Translations under genes and position numbers: made by a program
Shown: in pieces, positions 38,872 through 51,300 of the stretch
Layout: each line of letters starts with the position of its first letter
How positions within the stretch are numbered: position 1 is the stretch's first letter
Assembly: GCF_009914755.1 (NCBI RefSeq)
Contig: NC_060927.1
Length of the DNA: 64,000 nt
Strand: one strand, 5' to 3'
Origin: the human T2T-CHM13v2.0 reference genome, Homo sapiens
The notes under the pieces: model-generated
The model's database searches: none
Seen by the model: the letters and a program-made list of their open reading frames with translations, nothing else
Told to the model about the DNA's origin: nothing

Positions 38872-39424
38872 TTCCTTAATGTTATCTACATGGTACTATA
38901 CAATCTGGCTCTTACCTCTCTAGTCTCATCTTTTGCCTTGCTTTATTTACTTAAGTAAGGTATTCACTTCATAGCATACTGTATTCCATGCTGCTCCATT
39001 GAAATTTCAGTTTCTTAAGGACCACTTCTTAGTTAAGTAATCCCCATCTTTTTTTTTTTTTTTTTTTTTGCTGTACTCTGTGTCTTTTCTTTAGGGGCTC
39101 ATTACAAGTGTGATTAATTACAATTGTTGTGATTATTTCTTGGATGCTTCTCCCCCTTCTCCACTTATTCAATGTTAGATCTATGATGGTAGAGACTGTT
39201 TGTGCTGGGAACTAGCACAAAGCCTGGCTGATAATAGATAATCAAAACTCCGTTAAATAAATGGATAAATGACAAATTGATTCAATACTTATCTCACAGG
39301 CTCTTTTGTCTGCAGTTCACTGATGATGAAAGTGTTTTATTCATGGGGGCCAAAAGCAAGTTAAAAAAAATTTTAAGTGAAATACAGATGCCTAATCTCA
39401 AAAATGGCACCAAACACACCAGGG

Positions 39425-39848
39425 GTGCTGTGACTCTCTGGGTTCAGAAACTTCTTGTACTCTTAAAAATTATTAAAGACCTCAGATAACTTTTATGTGG
39501 GCTATATCTATCACTATTTAATTAAAAATTAAAACTGATCATTTTATTTTTATATATTCTATTAAAGGTAAAACCACATGTGTTAACATAAATAACATTA
39601 TTTTAAATTATATAGTGAAAAGTGACATTGCTTTAAATTTTTGTAAATTCCTTTAATGTCTGGTTTGATAGAAGACACCTGGATTCTCTACCTGCTTCTG
39701 TGGTCATTGTGTTGTTACAAATCCATTATACACATGAGTGAATGAGAACGATAAAGATAACTAATGCATGTCTTAGAAACATTATGAAAATAATTTTGAT
39801 TCACAGACTCTCAAAAAGATCCCTAAATCACATTTTGAAAATCACTGA
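39425..39848. mobile_element. Ancient hAT-type DNA transposon remnant
   Basis: actcttaaaaattattaaagacc...ctttaatgtctggtttgatagaagacacctggattctc...cacattttgaaaatcactg resembles old hAT non-autonomous elements; family not resolved. Confidence 0.6.
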
Positions 39849-40104
39849 TTCAAAAAAATCCAAGAAAATGCTTCATGTAGAAAAATATATATATTTTACA
39901 ATGGAAATATCACTGTCTATTGACTGAGTACATATTTATACCCAAATCGTAATTTGAAATGAAAATAACATTTAAGCTAAACTCATTAATTTTTTTCCTT
40001 AACTTTTTCCTTAGAAGGCAAAAGCAATGTGGCAACTTCTCTTTAGAAGCAACTAATCCACCAACAATTTCCAACTCTGATGAAAGAAATTAAGGTAGTG
40101 GTTC

Positions 40105-40270
40105 ACAAAGCTGACTAGAAATTAGTGTCACCTGTAAAGCTGTTAAAACTGCAACAGTCCCAGCACAGAACAACTAACTCAGAAGGGGTGGGGTGAAATG
40201 CTGAAACATTGGAATTATTTTAAAGCTTTCCAGAGCATTCTGAAGACCAGCCAAGCACTGAGAATCACTG
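40105..40270. mobile_element. MER5-like hAT MITE remnant
   Basis: gtcacctgtaaagctgttaaaa...attctgaagaccagccaagcactgagaatcactg. Confidence 0.5.
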
Positions 40271-40506
40271 TTTCAGTGATTCAAAGGCCACAACTCCTAG
40301 ATTATTTCATTCCTTCCTAGTGCCTCTCTTTTCTTATAAGTAGCCACAAGCAGGAATGAAAAATCTGGTCAGCAGCAACCCCCCACCCTTCATGAGTTAT
40401 GGCAAAATATGTATTTTGCTTAAGACTTGCCTGTATCTTGGTAGCTTATGTCCAGTTGTATTGTTTTAAGTTGGTAGCTTTTACTCCTTATATTATGGAT
40501 TTTAGG

Positions 40507-40682
40507 CAGAGCCAAATTCATAGGCATGTGAACTGCACTTGCACAGTGCCTCACACTCAGAAGGGCCCTGCACGTGGTTTATGGCTCTGCTGTTGCCATT
40601 TTACAATTATTAAGGCTTGTTTAACAGGAGGCCCTGCATTATCATTTTTCACTGAGCCCTACAAATTATGTAGCTGGTTGTA
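40507..40682. mobile_element. MER91-like hAT MITE
   Basis: cactcagaagggccctgcac...catttttcactgagccctacaaattatgtagctgg. Confidence 0.55.
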
Positions 40683-40924
40683 ATTCCAGGCTAATTCATA
40701 AATTACAAAGATTTGAAAAAGAGCAAGCTGACGTAATTTTTATAAGGCAGACCTACAGTGGGCCTGTGATATAAAAAGAGATTTATAATCTATCCCCCTA
40801 CATTCTAATCCCTAGATCTCACTCTTCCTTTCTTTAAATACCTCAAGCCACAATTCATAACCTCTTTTCTACCACAACTCTTCCCCATGGCCTATGTTCT
40901 TCTTGCTGATAAGAATTATAAAAG

Positions 40925-42140
40925 GGATTATGACTTTAGGTTCCCAGCTAGAAGCAAATAACACATTCAAATTAGGATACTTCGAGATGGGCTTACAAAC
41001 ATGTGCACGGGGTTTAAGAAAACTGGAAGGTGCTAGAGAACTATCCCAGAGTTGAGCTAATGACCTCTGGAGTTGGCAGGAAAGAGTCACATATAAGAGA
41101 CTACTTTGAGTAAAGCATTGACTTTTAGTCAAAAAATTCAGCCAGCAAGAAGCAACTTCAGCCAGAAGAATAAGTACTCAGACCTCATTCTTCCCCCTCC
41201 TGCTGATCTGCCAGCCATGGCTACCTATTGGTCAAACCCAACCAGAAAGTGGAGGGCAAAGAAGACCATACATTGAAGCCTTACAAGGTGATCGCCTGGG
41301 GCAGAACAAGATTGAAAAGTGGATCTTGAGATGAAGAGTGAAATTACATGTCACAGTCAACCCCTTTTTCCTCTAAACATTCATCATTGCCCCTTATCCA
41401 GGTGAAAAGTTCCTGCCCACAACACAGGAAATGTTTGGAGTCCCATTGATAAATGTACCATAGGGTGATGTCAATTCAGTCATACTCCCATCTCAGATCT
41501 TACATGCTAGTCAACAGTGAGGTTCTCCATATAGAGGTAAGAAGCAAAAGTAAAAAATAATTAGGTAACATAAATCATAGCTTCTTTAATTGTTACTTCT
41601 GCACCTGCTTCATAAGACTTAAGTTTGTATTTACAGCTTTCTTCTTCTACTCCACAAACTTCATTCCCATGGGAAATGTCAGTGGTCTTATCCTTATTAG
41701 GTTGCCACAATTTTCTATTAGCCAGGACTGTTGGAAAAGGAAATATCAAAGGCACTTCAGTGAATTCCCTGGATCCCAGATATAATCATCCTTGCCCCTA
41801 CCATGGAGGAGCAATCCAATTTCTCTCTGATAATTGCAATCTATTTCCCCTGCCAATACAATGATGCTATTCTCTGCCTGTGGATTCAATGGCAGAAAAA
41901 GCCCAGTGTGCACAGGACATCAGTTATAGCCTCCAATCCATGGGAACTATAACTATGTTACCTGAGGAAAGCATTCCTCCCTTGAGCATGAGGACCTACC
42001 TCCAAATTCTTTCTGAGCCCAGGAGCGCAGCAAAGAGAAAACAGAAATTCTTATAGTGGATTATTAAGCGTAATAAGGAAAGACATTATTCCCACCACCA
42101 CCCAGTGGTTTCTGACCCATGCTTTCTGACTACAAGGGAA
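40925..42140 (-). mobile_element. Ancient LTR retroelement remnant (LTR about 40925-41355 plus adjoining internal sequence)
   Basis: LTR-like motifs (cacattcaaattaggata; ctattggtcaaacccaaccagaaag..gagggcaaaga) followed by ERVL/MaLR-internal-like sequence; family uncertain. Confidence 0.5.
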
Positions 42141-43069
42141 AGGGCATGACAAATGTATACACAAGTATATGTGTATGTGTATACGTGTGTGTTAATGCAT
42201 ATGTAAGTGTGTTTCTATATATGCATTTCCAATTATCTTTCTTCTTATCTAATTTAGGTAAAGAATCTTGATAAAAGGATCTTATAAAGACTTTAGTAAA
42301 TACTGTATTTGCTAATTGTGTATGTTTTGTATGCGTGTTGTGTGTGAGAGAGAGACAAATGAAGAATCCAAGTTCATCAAGCCCACTTAAGATTAATGGA
42401 TTTACTTAAAGATTTTTAATGTAATGAGTTCACAAATTTTTACGTCCAAAACACTGCACAAGCAATAATAGGTTTTATAAATTCTATTATATAGAGAGAA
42501 GGAAAAAATGAGTAAATTGAGCAAGGAAAATGAAAATACAACAACGAATGCAGACTCCATGAAATGATTACAAGTTTATTAAGATTTTAAATAGAATAAA
42601 TTTATCAAGTTACTAAGGTAATAAGACTGTCTGTCATATCAGCTTTGGACTTGTATGTCTACAAAAGCCCAAAATTGACCTACATTTCTTTCTTGCATAT
42701 TAAATATTTAGTTATTTACAGAGAGAATGATGATTAAAATATACTTAAGCCCCTTTTCTCCACTTTCGTACTAAATTTTGCCAAATTTGCTTCCTTTACG
42801 GCCTTTACCCTTATGTCGTACTTTGCATATCAGCCTAGTTTTAGTACATTTTAATGATAATGTCTGGTTATAAAAAGGAACACTAAGAAATCTGTTAAAT
42901 GTTATGTTCCAAGAATAGTATCTCCTATGGCAAGCAAATGGACAGAAATATATTGGGCTCTAAATTGTAATTTCACTTCTTTTTGGCCAGTGAAATGTGA
43001 GAAACAGGGAAAGCAATATCTGAGATGGTTTTCTTATTCATATATTAACCAACATATTTCTTACACATA

Positions 43070-44410
43070 TTTTAACTCTTCCTTGTGGAAAATAAAACAC
43101 ATGCAAAAGTAGAGAATAGTATAAGCCTCTCTTCTTCCCACAATGTACCCATAACCCAGCTCCAGAAATGTTGCACACATGGCTGATCCTGCTTCCATTC
43201 TACCGCAACCCACTTCCTACCCACTCTCCCGTCACTGGATTATTTCAAACCAAGTCACATCATGTGACCGACTAATTTAATGTATATTTAATCTAAATTA
43301 ATACATTTAATCTAATACTTCGGTATAAGCTCTAAAAATAGGTATCCTTTTAGTTTTTATAACAGCATAGCTATGAAACATTATCATTTACATCTAAAAC
43401 ACTCAATAATTTCTTAATATTAGTGTACAAATTTCCTTTAGTATTTCATGAGTGATTTTTTTTCTTAACTTGATTTGTCAGGATCCAAACAAGGTCCACC
43501 CATTGCTTTTGGCTGATATAACTCAAGTCCCATTTAATTTGTAAATATTCTCTTTCTTTTTTGTGGGGGGGGGGTACATGAGGCAAATTAATACATTTAT
43601 ATAATTTGTAAAGGTCAAATCAGTGTAACTGGGATATCTACCAACTGAAATATTTGTCTTTTTTATGTTAGAAACATTCTTATTACGTTTTCTTCTTCTC
43701 TTTTTCTCCCTCTCTCCTTTTTTTTTCTATTTCTTTTTTCTTTTGCCATTTATTTGTTAAAGAAATCAGGTCATTTGTCCTATAACAGTTTTTCTCTATT
43801 TGGATTTTGGTGGATGCAATCCCATGGTGTTATTTAACAAGCTCCTTTCTTCCATGCATTTGCTATAAACAGGTATTTAAATCTAAAGCCGTGATTGGAT
43901 TCAGTTTTAATATTTGGGGCATGGATGCTTTGTAGGTGGTATTGTATGCTTCCATCAGGAGACCTATAATGTTTGACTGTCAATTTTTTATGTTAACTTA
44001 ACCAGTAGGTGTATCATGAAACATCCATACAAAACAGTGGTTTCCTATTTCTTTCATTCCATCTTCATTTATTAGAAGAATTAATCTCACATTAACTATT
44101 TGGTAATGCAAAGACACAGTTCCTACTATGAAGAAGGAACCCTATTTCTTCTCACAGGGAATGGTATTTAGGGAATACAACCTCTGCAAGGAGTGCTTAT
44201 TGCTAATGGGTTGGTAATTATTTCTAGACCTTTTCATTGGACAGACTTAGGAAATACATATCTTTTTTTAAAAGACAGAGTTTATTATGAGTTTATATTG
44301 ATATTTTCAATTCAAATTTAGGTTTGCAGAGTTACTTCACTTTTTAATTTTATATGTGTGTCTCTTTTCTCTAATGTTGCAAGACTTTGTTCTAATGACA
44401 TTAACATAAT
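43070..44410 (-). mobile_element. Ancient L1M(C/E) 3' region forming the distal 3'UTR of the FCRL4-like copy
   Basis: Revcomp reads gggtggaccttgtttggatcctgac and gcttatactattctctacttttgcatgtgttt, which are L1MC/ME 3' motifs. Confidence 0.65.
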
Positions 44411-45730
44411 TACCTTTTGCTTCTGGAAGCTGAGCCTAGAGCCTACATCTCCAGCTCTTCTGGTGATTTTGTAAAGTTCTCAATATCCTCTTTTAAATTC
44501 CTCTCTGTAAACCATTTGGGGTGGTTTCTTTTGTCTGCAACTGAATCCTGACAGTATAACCTGTGCAGGCAGCAATGAAGGGGCTTTGCATTGTCAGTGC
44601 AGTATCTGTGCAGCCACTCAGGGTTAAACCGACTGGCTCAAGTGATTCTCTAGTGAGAGAATTGTTGTTAATGTATTAAACAGAGATTGTGATCACTCAG
44701 TCTTTGTCATCTCTGTGCAAATCCAAATTTACCAAAATTTGTGCTTCTGTTTTTCAAAAACAGTCCTTCTCTCTTTTTATCTCTTTTCCCAAAATCAGAC
44801 CCTGGGGGATATATTAGGTCAGGCCCTCCACAAGTAATACAGGGTCTTCTCTTAACTGTGGATCGTGGTCATTTTAGTGAAGTTGTTCAGAGGCCATTCC
44901 ATCCCCACTGCAGAGGGAAAGAATGAGAATTCTTGGGAGTGAATGCACGTGGGTTAGAAGAATTGGAAAGCTGGAATGAGTTTGTTGCTTCAGGAGCCTT
45001 GAGGACTGCACTGGGCTGGGGCTTTGGATAAGGGACAAGTCAAATGAGTAGGACATTGATGTAACTTTCCAAGGTGTCTTCATCCTTAGAGCTAATCTTT
45101 CCAGCTGAGTTATCTGGGGGATGTGTCTTCATGTCAGAGTAAACAACTGAGACATTCTGGGATGGAAAGAAGATAGAAGAACTTATCCTCTAGAAATGTC
45201 CTGGAGGTATTGCCTTCTCCTTTTTTACCCAACTGAATAGTCAGGATCTCAGAATATACCAAGTCTCCCCCTGCACCCTTTAGAATGCATAATTCCATAA
45301 AACATCTACAGCTCCACCACGGCAGGGCAGCGCAGATGGAATGAGAGGACTTCCTGGACCACCAGTGGGAGGGCTCCTGGTTTCATCTCCCCAGAAACCA
45401 TCTCCTGAAGAAAGTGGAGCCAATGGAGTCAGCACAAGATGGCAGGCTCCATCTCAGACCCAGAAAAGTCTTTGATTTTCACCAGCACCAGCAGTGAAAC
45501 AGCAGGGCCACAGCCAGAAGAGGAATGCTGAGCAGCCCCGCCGTGTCTCTTGCGGCAATAAGGCCATCTCTGTTGCCTAGAGTCTCCAAGGAAAAATAAC
45601 CTGTGTGAGCCTCAGCAGAGAGGTACAGAACTTGGAATTGCCTTTTCCTTAGCTTTGTTGGGTCCTGAGCCATGGGAGAGGAGGAAGCTAAGGGCCTAGG
45701 ACTCATGAGGACATCCTGGTCCAGGTTATG
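43070..45730 (-). pseudogene. FCRL4: FCRL4-like (Fc receptor-like 4) partially processed pseudogene: TM exon, cytoplasmic exons and long 3'UTR, no Ig domains
   Basis: Minus-strand translation gives ETLGNRDGLIAARDTAGLLSIPLLAVALLFHCWCW*KS (45585-45472), GDGFWGDETRSPP...SSHSIC...VEL*, GDLVYSEILTIQLGKKGEGNTSRTFLEDK and NVSVVYSDMKTHPPDNSAGKISSKDED. These match FCRL4 as I recall it (ETPGNRDGLVAAG...LFHCWRRRKSGVGFLGDETR...GDLVYSEIQ...NTSRTLLEDKDVSVVYSEVKTQHPDNSAGKISSKDEES). The 3'UTR similarity runs to about 43270. Stops and frameshifts are present. The symbol names the parent gene; outer boundaries are approximate. Confidence 0.9.
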
Positions 45731-47317
45731 GCCTAATTTAACCAATATTTTTGGGTGCCTTCTATGCACCATCCACTATGGCAGATAAAGTGTACACTGT
45801 AGGGAGCAATAAGGATGAGTGGGGTTAATAAATAAAACAAGACATAGTCATAGACCTCAAGAGAAATAAAATCTAGTATGAAGGATTCAACATATACCTG
45901 ATAAATGACTAATTACAAGTACATGACTGGTAATTTCAGAGGAATAATATGCTATTGGAGTTCAAAATAGGAGGAAGTCACCTTTGTGGGTTTAAGGAAA
46001 CCCACCTTTGGGGAGAAATTTGTCTCTGAGGACAAAAAGTACCTGGTAGCTGAAAAATGGACCATGAATGAAGAGATTGCTGAGGCAGAAATATTGATTT
46101 CAAAGCCATTTGCTTTGAATTACTAGATAAAACTTAAAGTGTATAAAATCACCCATAGAAAATATATAAAGATAAAAAAGAAGAGGGTTAAATTGCTCAA
46201 GCCTTAACTTGGAAGATATGGACATTTGTTGGTGGGGGGTGGGGAGGGTGTCACTCAGGATTAAATGATTAAGTGAAGGGCACTGAGAAAGAAAGATGTA
46301 AAGATAATTAAAATAATATCCTATTATGAAAGTAAAAGTCAAAGAGAATTCAACTAGTAAACCCCAACTTAGTGCCTTTAAATGTTCTGGATCCTCTAAA
46401 TTCCTTTCCACATTGCTGTTAATCTCACATTCTCTTTTATCATGATTATTTCCTAACTTCTAGGTCTACTTCTCTTTGGCTGTACACCTACTTCTTAAAC
46501 CTGACTTGTTATTCAGCTCAGTGTTTTTGATGATTCCAGCATCTGCAAGGCACTTATTAGGCAATTGGCACACACATAGAAAATCAATTTTAGATTATTT
46601 TTAAAACCCTTTTAGAAACAATAGAGCAATATTGTGAGCGAATACTATCACTAATAATAGTTTAATGTGATGAAGAGTAAGTTTTTTTTCAGCAAATTTT
46701 TCAGAGCAATTATGTATGATGTAATCCTGAATAGCTTGGAGTATAGATCAGATTTTATATCCAGGCAGTTTCAGTTTATTTTCTTACTCTTTATATTTGC
46801 TAATTATGAAACTTCAAATTTACATACATTATCATCAGTGGCAACAATGGCCCAAACATGGGCTTATAAATTATGGAAAGATCTCTCCATAACATACTAC
46901 TTTAAGAGCGCCATCATGTGCTAAGTTAATGAATATAGCATACCTCCAAATAGAAAAATTGCCTATTTCAACTTGTAAAATAATGTAAACTGGTTTCTAG
47001 TTTCTGTTTTGGTTGCATACAGCTTTAGAAGGTTTTTCTAAGTTGTAATCTATAACAAGCTTTAGATATTGTTTGTAAATGTGACTAATATATTATTGTT
47101 TTGTTTCTCCAATGAGAAATGAAAGTCATAAAACACAAGGGAGTGTCAACTCTTAACTATCAAATCATTTTAGTTTTTGGTATCACAATGTGATTATTAC
47201 AAATTCTGACTTTTTTCAGGTCTTCTAAATGTGACATTACATAAAAGTAACATGGTTTAAAACATTACCATTTTTATGAAAAAATTTTAAATCATTTTAA
47301 AAAGTCACGTTTTTGAA

Positions 47318-47985
47318 AACTTATGCCTACACAGAAACTTGCACCTGAATGTTTATAGCAGACTTATTCATAATTGCCAAAACCTGGACACATAATTGCC
47401 AAGATATCCTTCAGTAGGTGAATGGATAAATAAACTGTGGTACATCCAGACAATGGAATATCATTCAGTACTAAAGAGAAATTAGCCATCTTGCCATGAA
47501 AAGACATGTAGGAAAGTTAAATGCATATTAATAAATAAAAGAAGCCAATAAGAAAAAGCTACATACTGCGTGATTTCAACTATATGACATTCTGGAAAAG
47601 GCAAAACTATGGAGACAGTAAAAAGATCAGTGGTTGTCGGGGATTAGAGGGAAGGGAGGAATGAATAGACAGAGCACAGAGGGATTTTATAGCAGTGAAA
47701 CTGTATGATACCATAATGGTGAATATACATCACTACACATTTGTCCAAACCCCATAGAATGTGCAACACCAACACTGAACCCTAATCTTAACTAAGGAAT
47801 TTAGGTGATAGTGATGTGTCAATGTAGATTCATTGATTGGAACAAATTACCACTGTAGTATGGGATGTTGATAGTTGGGGAGGCTGTGGGGTTGTGAAGG
47901 AGCAGGTATATGGGAACTCTGAATTTTCTACTCAGTTTTGGTGTGAACCTAAAACTGCTATAAAAAAGTCTATTTAAAACAAACA
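47318..47985 (+). mobile_element. L1MC1-like 3' end
   Basis: Same motifs as 35800-36455 (aaacttgcacctgaatgtttatagcag...ggaaaaggcaaaactatggagacagtaaaaagatcagtgg...aaaaagtctattt). Confidence 0.87.
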
Positions 47986-48016
47986 AATGAAACCTCATGT
48001 GTGCTATTTTCCTCTC

Positions 48017-48240
48017 TGATATGGTTTGACTCTCTGTCCCCACCCAAATCTCATGTTGAATTGTGATCCCCAATGTTGGAGGTGGGGCCTGGTGGAATGT
48101 GATTGGATCATGGAGGTGGTTTCTAGTGGTTGAGGATCATCCCCCTAATTCTGTCTTGTGATAGGGTTCTCATGAGATTGGGTTGTTTAAAAGTGTATGG
48201 CACCTCCCCCTCTCCTCCTTTTGCTCTGGCCGTGTAAGAA
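48017..48240 (+). mobile_element. MST (MSTA/B) LTR, 5' half only
   Basis: Starts tgatatggtttgactctctgtccccacccaaatctcatgttgaattgt; breaks off at about 48240. Confidence 0.88.
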
Positions 48241-48318
48241 CACTTGAGCCCAGGTGTTTGAGATCAGCCTAGGATACATGGTGAGACTCCTCATCTCTAA
48301 TAAATAAATAAATAAATG
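48241..48318 (+). mobile_element. Alu monomer fragment (FLAM/AluJ-like) with (AAAT)n tail
   Basis: cacttgagcccaggtgtttgagatcagcctagg..acatggtgagactc..atctct aataaataaataaat. Confidence 0.8.
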
Positions 48319-48329
48319 TCTTTTAAAAA

Positions 48330-51300
48330 AGAAATGTTCTGTAAATATATATTGAGTTCATTGGGCCTACAGTGCCGATTAAGTCTGATATTTCTTTGTT
48401 AAATACCTGTCAGGATGATTTGTCCAATGCTGAAAGTGCGGTATTGAAGTCTCCACACATTATTTTACTACAGTCTATCTCTGTCTAAATTTAGCTTTAA
48501 CAATATTTGCTTTATTAATCTGGGTACTCCAGTATTGGGTGCATATATATTTAAAATTGTTATATCCTCCTGCTGAATTGACCACTTTATCACTATATAA
48601 TGACCTTCTTTGTCTCTTTTTACAGTTTTTGGCTTGTTATCCATTTTGTCTGATAAAAAGTATAGCTACTCCTACTTTTTTTTTCTTTTTGGTTTCCATT
48701 TGCATGGAATATTTTTTCCATCCCTTTATTTTCAGTCTATGTATGTCTTTAGAGGTGAAGTATGTTTCTTGTAGGCAACAGAGATCATTGGGTCTGTTTT
48801 TTTATAATCCATTCAGCCACTGTGTCTTTTGATTGGAGAGTTTAGTCTATTTACATTTAATGTTATTATTGATTAGTAAGGACCTCCTCCTGACATTTTG
48901 TTGTTTTTCAGTTGTTTTGTAGTCTTCTCTTCCTTCCTGTCTTTTTCCTGTCTTTCTTTTTCTGAAGGTGATTTTCTCTGGTGGTATGTTTTTTTCTTTT
49001 TATTTTCTGTATATCTGTGGTTTTTTGACTTAAGGTTACCATAAAGCTTGCAAATAGCATCTTATAACCCAACATTTTAAATTAACAACAACTTAACAAT
49101 GATTGCATAAACAAATAAACAAACAACCAAAGAAAAAACTCATAAGAACTCTACACTTTAACCTCATCCTCCCCTTTTAACTTTTTTTCATTTCTATTTA
49201 TATCTTCTTATACTATCTCTGGCTTGAAAAGTTGCAGTTACTATTTTTGATCAGGTCATCTTTTAGTCTTTGTACTCAAGATATGAGTAGTTTACACATC
49301 ACAATTACAGTGTTATAATATTCTGTGTTTTTTCTGTGTACTTATATTACTAGTGAGTTTTGTACCATCACATTATTTCTTATTTCTCATTAACATCTTT
49401 TTTTTTTCAGATGGAAGAACTCCCTTTAGCATTTCTTGTAGGACAGGTCTGATATTGATGAAATTCCTCGGTTTTTGTTTTTCTGGGAAAGTCTTTATTT
49501 CTCCTTCATGTTTGAAGGATATTCTCAATGAATACACTATTCTAGGATAAAAGGGTTGCTGTTTTTGTTTTTTCTTCTGTGCTTGTAATATGCTACGACT
49601 CTGTCTCTGCTGACCTGTAAGGTTTCCACTGAAAAGTCTGCTGCCAGATGTATTGGAACTCCTTTGTATGTTTTTTTTTTTCTCTCTCTCTCTCTCTTTC
49701 TGCTTGTAGAATCGTTTCTTTGTCCTTAACCTTTGGGAGTTTGATTATTAAATGTTTTAAGGTAGTCTTAATTTGGTTAAATTTGGTTGGTATTCTATAA
49801 TGTTCTTATAGGCTATTGATACCTTTCTGAAGGTTTGGGAAGTTCTCTGTTATTTTCCCTTTGGATAAACTTTCTACCCCTATCTCTCTCTACACATCCT
49901 CTTTAAGGCTAATAACTCTTAGATTTGTCCTTTTAAGGCTATTTTCTAGATCCTGTATGCATACTTCATATTTTTAATCCTTTTTTATTTTGTGTCCTCT
50001 GGCTGTGAATTTGCAAATAGCCTGTCTTCAAGTTCACTAATTCTTTTTTTCTGCTTGATGAATTCTGCTGTTAAGAAACTCTGATGCATTCTTCAGCTCC
50101 AGAATTTCTCCTTAATTCTTTTTAATTATTTCAATATTTTTATTAAATTTGTCTGATAGAAATCTGAATTCCTTCTCAATGTAATCTTGAATTTCATTGA
50201 GCTACCTCAAAACAGCTATTGTGAATTCTCTGAAAGGTCACTTATCTCTGGGATGGGTCACTAATGCCTTATTTAGCTTATTTGGTGAGGTCATGATTTC
50301 CTGGATGGTTCTGATGCTTGTCAATGTTCTTCTGTGTCTGGATGTTGAACAGTTAGGTATTTATTATAAGCTTCTCAGTCTGGACTTGTGTTTACCTGGT
50401 CTTCTTGAGAAGGTTTTCCAAGTATTCAAAGGGACTTGGGTGTTGTGATCTAAATTGTTAATCACTTCAGCTTTATCTGCATTGGGGGCACCCCAAGTTC
50501 AATAATGGTGTGGCTCTTGCAGACTTGTAGCGATACTATTTTCTTGGTCTTGGGTAAGATCTGGGAGAATTCCCTGAATTACCAGGCAGAGACATTTGTT
50601 CTCTTCCCTTATTTTCCCACAAACAAAGAGTCTCTTTCTCTATGATGACCTGCCTGGAGCTGGGTAAGGGGTGACACAAGCACCCTTGTCCACGACTACT
50701 AGAACTGTGCTGGGTCAGGCCTGAAGCCAGCATAGCACTGGGTCTTGCCCAAGGCCCACAGTGACCACCGCCTGACTGCTGCCTGTGTTCACTCAGGATA
50801 AAAGGCTCTACAGTCAGCAGGTGGCAAAACCCTCTAGGCTTGTGTACTTCTCTTCAGGGTGGCAAGGTCCCCCTTGGCCCCAGACAGGTCTGGAGATGCC
50901 ATCCAAGAACGAGGGCCCAGGGTTATGAACCTTAGGAATATATCTGGTGCTGTATTCTACTGTGGCTAAGCTGGCATCTGGGCTGCAAGACAAAGTCCTT
51001 CCCCTCTCCTTAAGTAGAGAAGTGTCTTCCTACGGCCACCACTCCCCTAAGACCACAGTGAATACTGCCTGGCTACTATTGATGTTCACTCAAGGCCTGA
51101 GGGCTCTTCAGTCAGCTTGTGGTGAATGCTTCCAGGCCTGTATCTCTCCCTCAGTGCAGTGGGCTCCCTTCTGGCTCAGGGCAGGTGTGTAAATGCCATT
51201 TAGTAGTCAAGGCCTGGAATCAGGGACTCCAGGAGCCCACTTGGTGCTCTCCCCTACTGTGGTCAACCTGGTACTAAAGCTGCAGGACAAAGTCCCATTT

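Noticed and set aside
44741-44926. Plus-strand ORF behind a strong polypyrimidine tract and CAG at about 44798
   Set aside because: It is the antisense of the purine-rich FCRL4-like 3'UTR, with no independent support.
43010-46640. Possible TSD for the FCRL4-like copy (aagcaatatctgag / gagcaatattgtgag)
   Set aside because: The match is too weak in AT-rich DNA and has no adjacent poly(A).
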